DNA from: a virus
Reading direction: 5' to 3' (one strand)
Length of the DNA: 64,000 bases
IMG/VR virus record: IMGVR_UViG_3300027777_000031
Coordinates: 1-64,000 of that record
Part shown: piece after piece, positions 53,389 through 58,809 of the stretch
Layout of the letters: each line of letters begins with the position of its first letter
Numbering within the stretch: position 1 is the first letter of the stretch
Made by a program: the position numbers and the translations under genes
The notes under the pieces: generated by a model
Told to the model about the DNA's origin: nothing
Database searches by the model: none
What the model saw: only the letters and a program-made list of their open reading frames with translations

Positions 53389-53419
53389 CAAAGATAATAT
53401 AAAAATTGATATAAACAAA
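53389..53419 (-). promoter_or_regulatory. Bacteroidetes-type promoter of smpB
   Basis: TTTG-N19-TATCTTTG ending 4 nt before the ATG. Confidence 0.7.
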
Positions 53420-53478
53420 AAACCCCAACCAATTAAATGGTGGGGTTTTTATAATTTTATTTTTTTTAATAAAATATA

Positions 53479-53886
53479 CTATCTAGGTCCTAAATCATAT
53501 TCATTATCATCTTCATCTTCATCATCATTACTATCTTCAACAGGAGTCACACTTAGTATGTTAAATCTTTTAGAAAATTTAGGAATTTTTGTTACATTAA
53601 TTATAGATGAACTACTTCCAAATTCTGTTGAGTATCTTACTATCACTTTCTCATCATTACTATCTTCAACAGGATTTACACTTCGTATATTAAATCTTTT
53701 AGAAAATTTAGGAATTTCTTTTACATCAATTATAGATGAACTACTTCCAAATTCTGTTGAGTATCTTACTATTACTTCCACACTTTCATTTATTGTTTCT
53801 TTAGTAATAATACTCTTTTTATTTGAGTGCATCTCAAGTATTCTATTTTTTTCACCTTGTGATATATCATTAAATAAATTTTTCAT
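53479..53886 (-). CDS. EKNRIL-leader protein with a tandem 43-aa repeat
   Basis: MKNLFNDISQGEKNRILEMH leader; two 129-nt copies encoding VIVRYSTEFGSSSSII...PVEDSND. Confidence 0.65.
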   Translation of the reverse strand: MKNLFNDISQGEKNRILEMHSNKKSIITKETINESVEVIVRYSTEFGSSSSIIDVKEIPKFSKRFNIRSVNPVEDSNDEKVIVRYSTEFGSSSSIINVTKIPKFSKRFNILSVTPVEDSNDDEDEDDNEYDLGPR

Positions 53887-53920
53887 AATATTCTTTTAAT
53901 ATAAATATATGATATAAACA

Positions 53921-53953
53921 AAAAAGGTGATACAAATTAATGTACCACCTTTT
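53921..53953 (-). terminator. Intrinsic terminator closing the large ncRNA
   Basis: Minus strand AAAAGGTGGTACA-TTAATT-TGTATCACCTTTTT. Confidence 0.75.
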
Positions 53954-53954
53954 G

Positions 53955-54800
53955 GCTTAATACGATGAGAATACTCGTCTTATTGAGAATCTTCGGAAGC
54001 ATTATTTTTTCGCTTCTTTTCCACCATCTTTTGAATGGTAATCCTCATTGCCGATTGGTTAGACCAATCACTCCTTGAGATATCATCTACTCTCTCATTA
54101 TTCAACTCTCTTCAATCTTGCGAACTGACTCCGGATTCGACTCCGTAGAGGTTTTTGGCGAGAATACATTCAGACTTGCGGTCATCCTGTGCAACGAACG
54201 GCTCGTTACTATGTAGGCAACTTGTCGACGATACCTGACAGACACTTTTGCTCTTTTCTGTTTAGTTTTTCACCATATTGAAAATAGTTAACGTGTTGTG
54301 GATGTGTCCAAGTAGAGGTCTGTCTTAGGCTTCATCATCTTTTGGACGAAGAAATACCAACCTACTCGGTAGAGTGTCCCCACTCTCATATTTTAAGAAT
54401 TCTTCAAATCAAAATCTTGGTAGATGTTTGATAAGGATAATGACAGCACCACCTGTTACTTATCTTGTCTTTCGACTTTAAGATTTCTCTCATATTGGAA
54501 CCCGCAATAATTAAGTTGGATAACCTAACTTCTTACTTGATTCCTATCACTTATTCCTGTTGGAGTTCCCCCCTCAACCGAAAGACCCACATCTCCCGGT
54601 CACCCAACCACTTTCTCTAAAGCGTCGCCCTCAATACTGAAGGTCAGATGGTATGTGACTTGTATACTCGAGTCCCATTTCTGAGACCGCAAACCTGTTA
54701 ACACAACAGATTCACTTTAGCCCGGTTTCCCGGTTTATTTAAGGATGATATACCACCCATTATCGTTTTTATAATACCTAAGTACTATATGGATAATCTA
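53955..54800 (-). ncRNA. Large structured ncRNA, GOLLD-like
   Basis: About 850 nt with no ORF of 60 aa or more, raised GC, GNRA-capped hairpins on the minus strand (CCGG-GAAA-CCGG, GTC-GAAA-GAC, GAC-CGCAAG-TC, TCAGTT-CGCAAG-ATTGA), own promoter and terminator, next to tRNA-like genes. Family assignment is from recall and needs a covariance-model search; ends approximate. Confidence 0.7.
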
Positions 54801-54841
54801 AAATGTTTAAGAACGTTTTGAGGTTTCCCTCATTTGTTTTA

Positions 54842-54872
54842 CAAAGGTAAGTGATTTTTTTGAGAAGTCAAA
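54842..54872 (-). promoter_or_regulatory. Bacteroidetes-type promoter of the large ncRNA
   Basis: TTTG-N19-TACCTTTG. Confidence 0.75.
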
Positions 54873-54892
54873 CACTTTTGTATTTTTTTTTA

Positions 54893-55090
54893 TTATTTAA
54901 TATTTTGTAGTTCCCAATCAAAATTTTTTCCCCTCATAACATCATCTGTCATTAACTTACTTTTATGTAAATCCCAAATAACCTCAATCTTTAAAAATGG
55001 GTTAAAACCACTAATTAATAAAAGATATTGTTCATTATTGTTTGTTTTATTAGTTATAATATAATAACCACTTTCAAGTTTTGTGTCCAT
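54893..55090 (-). CDS. Small hypothetical protein
   Basis: 65-aa ORF preceded by an A-rich (A7-8)T repeat leader. Confidence 0.5.
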   Translation of the reverse strand: MDTKLESGYYIITNKTNNNEQYLLLISGFNPFLKIEVIWDLHKSKLMTDDVMRGKNFDWELQNIK

Positions 55091-55127
55091 TTTTTTTATT
55101 TTTTTTATTTTTTTTATTTTTTTTTAA

Positions 55128-55246
55128 TCTGTGATAAGACCTTAAGATTTACAAATTCGTAGGTCACCCATTCTTTACTACCTAAAACTCGCACTCCCGG
55201 CAGGGATAGTCTGCTGTAATAGGTCTATCTGCTATCTTATCACAGA
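55128..55246 (-). ncRNA. Unknown structured RNA closed by a 12-bp stem
   Basis: TCTGTGATAAGA/TCTTATCACAGA perfect inverted repeat with nested pairings (TTACAG/TTGTAA, TCCC/GGGA, TAGGT/ACCTA). Confidence 0.55.
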
Positions 55247-55253
55247 ATAAATT

Positions 55254-55342
55254 ATGTGTGTGTACGCTCTACCATTATAGCTAAACCTTGGTCATCACGA
55301 TTACGGTTGTTGGAATCGAACCAACGACTTTACACTACACAT
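55254..55342 (-). ncRNA. Circularly permuted tRNA-like RNA (T-arm, closed acceptor, D-arm)
   Basis: ATGTGTaGTGTA, AAGTC, GTTGG-TTCGATT-CCAAC, AACC-loop-GGTT, TAGCTATAATGGTAGAGC, G, TACACACACAT. Confidence 0.8.
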
Positions 55343-55346
55343 TTTG

Positions 55347-55438
55347 TGGTATCGGCAGGGTTCGAACCTACGGCACAGAGTCTTTCGTTACTCCTGCTCT
55401 ACCAAAGGAAGACGAATCCCCCACTGAGCTACAATACC
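55347..55438 (-). ncRNA. Atypical tRNA-like RNA with a hairpin inserted in the D-loop and a non-canonical anticodon loop
   Basis: Acceptor GGTATTG/CGATACC-A; D-arm GCTC/GAGC containing GGGGGA-TTCG-TCTTCC; anticodon stem GGAGT/ACTCT with 8-nt loop AACGAAAG; T-arm GTAGG-TTCGAAC-CCTGC. Confidence 0.8.
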
Positions 55439-55449
55439 ATTATAAGTTA

Positions 55450-55524
55450 GTGGACGTATGCTCTACCATCTGAGCTACAGCTTTTAATCACCGGAGGGAT
55501 TTGAATCCTCGACACAACGTCCAC
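55450..55524 (-). ncRNA. Circularly permuted tRNA-like RNA (T-arm, closed acceptor, D-arm)
   Basis: GTGGACGT, TGTGTC, GAGGA-TTCAAAT-CCCTC, CGGT-loop-GCTG, TAGCTCAGATGGTAGAGC, AT, ACGTCCAC. Confidence 0.75.
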
Positions 55525-55562
55525 CTATATTTTCAATAATTTTAAGAACTTTATTTCTTCTA

Positions 55563-55594
55563 CAAAGATAATACTTTTATTTTAATATATCAAA
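55563..55594 (-). promoter_or_regulatory. Bacteroidetes-type promoter of the tRNA-like array
   Basis: TTTG-N20-TATCTTTG followed by boxA-like GTTCTTAAA at 55541-55549. Confidence 0.7.
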
Positions 55595-55753
55595 TTATTT
55601 TAAAAATAATTTTATTAATTGAGTTAATCCTCCCATACAACATATTCCCGCACAAAAATAACTAAATCCGGGATTTCTACCATTCTCTTTTTGTGTTTTT
55701 GCGGAGAATAGGTTTAATCCCATCAATCCGAATTGTAATAATACTATTTCCAT
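55595..55753 (-). CDS. Small membrane protein (52 aa, not in the ORF track)
   Basis: MEIVLLQFGLMGLNLFSAK...FSYFCAGICCMGGLTQLIKLFLK with two hydrophobic segments. Confidence 0.5.
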   Translation of the reverse strand: MEIVLLQFGLMGLNLFSAKTQKENGRNPGFSYFCAGICCMGGLTQLIKLFLK

Positions 55754-55775
55754 AATTTTTATAATTTAATGTTTG

Positions 55776-55848
55776 TAGTCAGGACAGGACTCGAACCTGT
55801 AACTTTATTCCACTACACGGTTTGCGTCTACCATTCCGCCACCTGACT
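55776..55848 (-). ncRNA. tRNA-Leu-like body with collapsed anticodon arm
   Basis: Perfect acceptor AGTCAGG/CCTGACT-A, D-arm TGGCGGAATGGTAGACGC, T-arm ACAGG-TTCGAGT-CCTGT; only 3 bp in the anticodon stem and no long variable arm. Confidence 0.75.
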
Positions 55849-56000
55849 ATGTTTCGTTAATGTTAAAAACTGATTCAATCCTCCTAAAAAACACTAACTT
55901 GCTACTTACTGATATTGGCTCGCCCATCCATTTCTCATATTGATTTACCTGAAACTTCTTCGGGTTGTTGATTGACCACTCCCGCTTACTCAAGTAGTTT

Positions 56001-56255
56001 TTACATACTCATCATCCAACCCATTCGGTTTTGTTCTTGATACTGAGAATAAGTACATTTTCTCATTGACTTATAATCCGGTCTCAACTTAGTGTGAGTT
56101 GGGTATTTCTTCTCGTGTTCTTTCTGTTCTCTCATAACACGAGCATACGCCTCTCTTTTACTTGGTGCCCACACATCATTAAATCCACCACCAATCCAAT
56201 TAAACAAATATAGGTATTCACCATTAACACTTCTATACAATTTCTCTTTAGCCAT
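56001..56255 (-). CDS. Hypothetical basic protein
   Basis: 84-aa ORF downstream of a TAnnTTTG promoter. Confidence 0.65.
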   Translation of the reverse strand: MAKEKLYRSVNGEYLYLFNWIGGGFNDVWAPSKREAYARVMREQKEHEKKYPTHTKLRPDYKSMRKCTYSQYQEQNRMGWMMSM

Positions 56256-56276
56256 AATTTATCCGTTTTGTGAGTA

Positions 56277-56307
56277 CAAAGATAAGCATTAAATTCAAAC
56301 TACCAAA
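56277..56307 (-). promoter_or_regulatory. Bacteroidetes-type promoter
   Basis: TTTG-N19-TATCTTTG. Confidence 0.7.
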
Positions 56308-56360
56308 CTTTTTTTAATTTTTTTTTATTTTTTTTACTACAACGATTCCGTAAATTTTTG

Positions 56361-56376
56361 TGGCATAGAACTTGAT
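56361..56376 (+). promoter_or_regulatory. Sigma54-like -24/-12 element
   Basis: TGGCAT-AGAAC-TTGAT (GG-N10-GA) upstream of the small lipoprotein. Confidence 0.4.
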
Positions 56377-56438
56377 ATAGTGGGTGTAATAAACTATAAT
56401 TTTAACGAACTTAAAATTAACATTAAAAACAAATTATT

Positions 56439-56600
56439 ATGAAAAAAGTATTTTTAGCCCTTGCAGTAGTAGCGACGTTATCTTTAACATCTTGCAAACA
56501 CGAAGCAAAAACTTCTGAAACTGAAGTTGTTGCCGATTCAACATCTGTAGATTCTACATCAGTTGATACCACTCAAGTAGACACTACTGAAGTGAAGTAA
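56439..56600 (+). CDS. Small lipoprotein with D-S/T-T repeats (53 aa, not in the ORF track)
   Basis: MKKVFLALAVVATLSLTS-C lipobox, then ADSTSVDSTSVDTTQVDTT; followed by a terminator. Confidence 0.85.
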   Translation: MKKVFLALAVVATLSLTSCKHEAKTSETEVVADSTSVDSTSVDTTQVDTTEVK

Positions 56601-56606
56601 AACAAA

Positions 56607-56632
56607 CAACCCCTCTTCGGAGGGGTTTTTTT
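56607..56632. terminator. Intrinsic terminator
   Basis: AACCCCTC-TTCG-GAGGGGTT plus T-tract. Confidence 0.8.
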
Positions 56633-57266
56633 ATTTTAATAATTGTTTGATTCTATCTATATCGTTAATTATTCGTTTTTGTTTACTTTCGTTTAAACCA
56701 AACATTGGTTTAGCTACTTTGGAAATCATATCTATCATAAAATTTTGACCGAATTTTTTAGCTCCTTCCTCACTATCCGCCTCATCTCCACTTGAACTAC
56801 CATCATTTGATGAACTACCAACATTATTAGAAACGTGAATATGGTTTTCGTGTTTTCCATCACTAAATCCAAAATATAAAACAGCCTTATCATTTCCTGA
56901 TTCACGATTAATCGTATAACTATAACCATTGGACAATTTATTTACAAATGCTATAATACTATCATAGATTCCATTTTTTTTGGCGTCCGCCACAGAACTC
57001 CATCCTTTACCATTAATTCTATTAATATCAATAGCCTCACCTGTTTTATGTCTACTTTGATTACCTGACGATGTTGTATCTCTATGTCCGGAATTTGCGG
57101 TCCCAATAGTCACTGTTATACCAACAGCATCAGCAGCATTATCAATATCTTCAAGTAATGATGAGTTTATTTCATCTGATGCTGCACTACCCTCCCATTT
57201 TATATTTGGATAATCCGATGTGTTAACAGCACTAACATCTTCCATTAAATTGATTAACTTTTTCAT
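56631..57266 (-). CDS. Peptidase M15-like peptidoglycan hydrolase
   Basis: SRH-x-x-G-x-AIDI and H-x-x-HIHV zinc motifs. Confidence 0.75.
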   Translation of the reverse strand: MKKLINLMEDVSAVNTSDYPNIKWEGSAASDEINSSLLEDIDNAADAVGITVTIGTANSGHRDTTSSGNQSRHKTGEAIDINRINGKGWSSVADAKKNGIYDSIIAFVNKLSNGYSYTINRESGNDKAVLYFGFSDGKHENHIHVSNNVGSSSNDGSSSGDEADSEEGAKKFGQNFMIDMISKVAKPMFGLNESKQKRIINDIDRIKQLLK

Positions 57267-57267
57267 A

Positions 57268-57873
57268 TTATTGTTCTAAATGGTTCATTAATACACCACC
57301 AATAGATGTTGAATAAACCAATAAATGATTTACCGATTCTTCATTTAATTTTGTTTTTTTCTTGGTATAATCAATACCTAACATACCAATAAATCGACCT
57401 TCAATACATTTTATCGCAAAAAGATAACCTGATTTACATCCAGTATCTTCAGCAATATATTTTAACCCAAAAGTTGCTATAGTTTCATCTTTAAAGTCAG
57501 ATATTTCAATTTTATCGTGTTCTAATAATTGATTAATTGAACGGCTAAATAAATTAACAGGTATATTGTGAAAATTCCCCTGTATTGAAGATACTGATGG
57601 TGCCACAGATTCATATATAATACTGAATTTTGCCATCGATTTCCCGGTTGGGTAAAAATTACCTCCATTATGAAATTGTGCAACCCAAACTCTATCTCCT
57701 TTTAATTCTTCTTTAATATGGTCTAATTTTGTCATTACAAGTTCACTGACTTTTAACGTTTCCAACACCATATCCGGTTTTTCTTCTTTTTTCTCTAATT
57801 TATTCTTGATGAATAATAATAGAACGGGACCTAATACCCCCGTAATAAACGCTACTATTATAGATGCACTCAT
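57268..57873 (-). CDS. Membrane protein with GAF-like domain (holin candidate)
   Basis: One N-terminal TM helix, then DRVWVAQFHNGG...IGMLGIDY; adjacent to the M15 peptidase. Confidence 0.55.
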   Translation of the reverse strand: MSASIIVAFITGVLGPVLLLFIKNKLEKKEEKPDMVLETLKVSELVMTKLDHIKEELKGDRVWVAQFHNGGNFYPTGKSMAKFSIIYESVAPSVSSIQGNFHNIPVNLFSRSINQLLEHDKIEISDFKDETIATFGLKYIAEDTGCKSGYLFAIKCIEGRFIGMLGIDYTKKKTKLNEESVNHLLVYSTSIGGVLMNHLEQ

Positions 57874-57878
57874 AAATT

Positions 57879-58430
57879 TTATCTTAAATTACCAAAGTTT
57901 TTTAAGAATTGTTCCTTAGTAATTTGTAATTTTTGACCACTTTTAGTTCTAACCACCATCATTTCAGGTTTTTTAGGTGTGGATTCAACAATTTTTTTCT
58001 TTGGAACTTCAAAAACTTTAGGTTTATGGTTTTCAACCACTTTAACTTTTGGTTCTTCAATAATAGGTTCTTCCTGTTGGAAAACCTCAACAGTTAATCT
58101 TGGTTTTTCTTCTTGTTCTTGTTCAGAAACAACCACATTAACTTTTTTGTTTGTTTTTACACCAAAGTCAGAACTCCAAGGCTCAAAATAGACATCGTCG
58201 GCAATGACCTCTAATCTCATATTACCTTTTGTTCCTTCAGGTAAAAAATGTTTAGTTTTTGGGATATTTACTTCACACACTCCTGTATTTTCAATAGCAC
58301 CATTAAACATATAAGACATTTCATCTGTCTCAATTACTAATCTTACTTTAGATTTCGCTAAAGAAGTTCCTTCAATTTGTATATTACAATTGAATTTATT
58401 CGGTTTGTCTGTATATAAAAAGTAACTCAT
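57879..58430 (-). CDS. Hypothetical protein
   Basis: 183-aa ORF, beta-rich N-domain (LEVIADD-x-YF-x-PW), upstream TATTTAT. Confidence 0.6.
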   Translation of the reverse strand: MSYFLYTDKPNKFNCNIQIEGTSLAKSKVRLVIETDEMSYMFNGAIENTGVCEVNIPKTKHFLPEGTKGNMRLEVIADDVYFEPWSSDFGVKTNKKVNVVVSEQEQEEKPRLTVEVFQQEEPIIEEPKVKVVENHKPKVFEVPKKKIVESTPKKPEMMVVRTKSGQKLQITKEQFLKNFGNLR

Positions 58431-58444
58431 AGCTAATAAATATC

Positions 58445-58771
58445 TTAATCTTTTATAATTGTCACATCAACTTTAATATTTTTCTGTTCTTTCATCAATA
58501 CTTCCACATCTTTTAACTTTACTGTGACTTTATTGTTCTTAGTTTTATTAACTCTTGTCTCAAATTCAATCTCATCAACATCTAATCTTACAAATAATCC
58601 AATTAAGGTTGCGACTTCGTCTTGCCTTAATTCTTTCATTTTTTTACGGATTCTTGGTCCAATACCTCCTGCACCAACAATTTTCTGAATTACGCAAGCC
58701 TCTTTCCACGTAAATGGTGTCTCCATCCACGCGAAAGGTGTATCATCCCAAGAATAACAAATGCTTCCCAT
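58445..58771 (-). CDS. Hypothetical protein
   Basis: 108-aa ORF with N-terminal W-x-x-TPF-x-W repeats. Confidence 0.55.
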   Translation of the reverse strand: MGSICYSWDDTPFAWMETPFTWKEACVIQKIVGAGGIGPRIRKKMKELRQDEVATLIGLFVRLDVDEIEFETRVNKTKNNKVTVKLKDVEVLMKEQKNIKVDVTIIKD

Positions 58772-58809
58772 ACTATTTATAAATAACTAAAAATTTGTAA
58801 AATTGTAGT

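Noticed and set aside
53372-53899. 175-aa + strand ORF
   Set aside because: It is antisense to ORF 53479-53886, which has the conserved leader, and it crosses a promoter and a terminator hairpin.
53955-54835. Group I/II intron or RNase P RNA
   Set aside because: It does not interrupt a gene, has its own promoter and terminator, and I found no RNase P GAGGAAAGTCC motif or intron core by eye.
55090-55126. (T7-8)A simple repeat as a phase-variation switch
   Set aside because: It is intergenic and reads as an A-rich leader for ORF 55090, which is typical of Bacteroidetes initiation regions; no evidence of switching.
55347-55438. Ordinary tRNA-Phe(GAA) or tRNA-Ser(CGA)
   Set aside because: The 8-nt loop lacks U33 and the D-loop has an inserted hairpin, so no anticodon can be assigned.
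55256-55473. ORFs 55256-55450 and 55288-55473 on the + strand
   Set aside because: They are antisense to the tRNA-like RNAs and have no recognisable protein features.
55128-55524. CRISPR array
   Set aside because: The units share tRNA D/T motifs, not identical direct repeats with spacers, and no cas genes are present.
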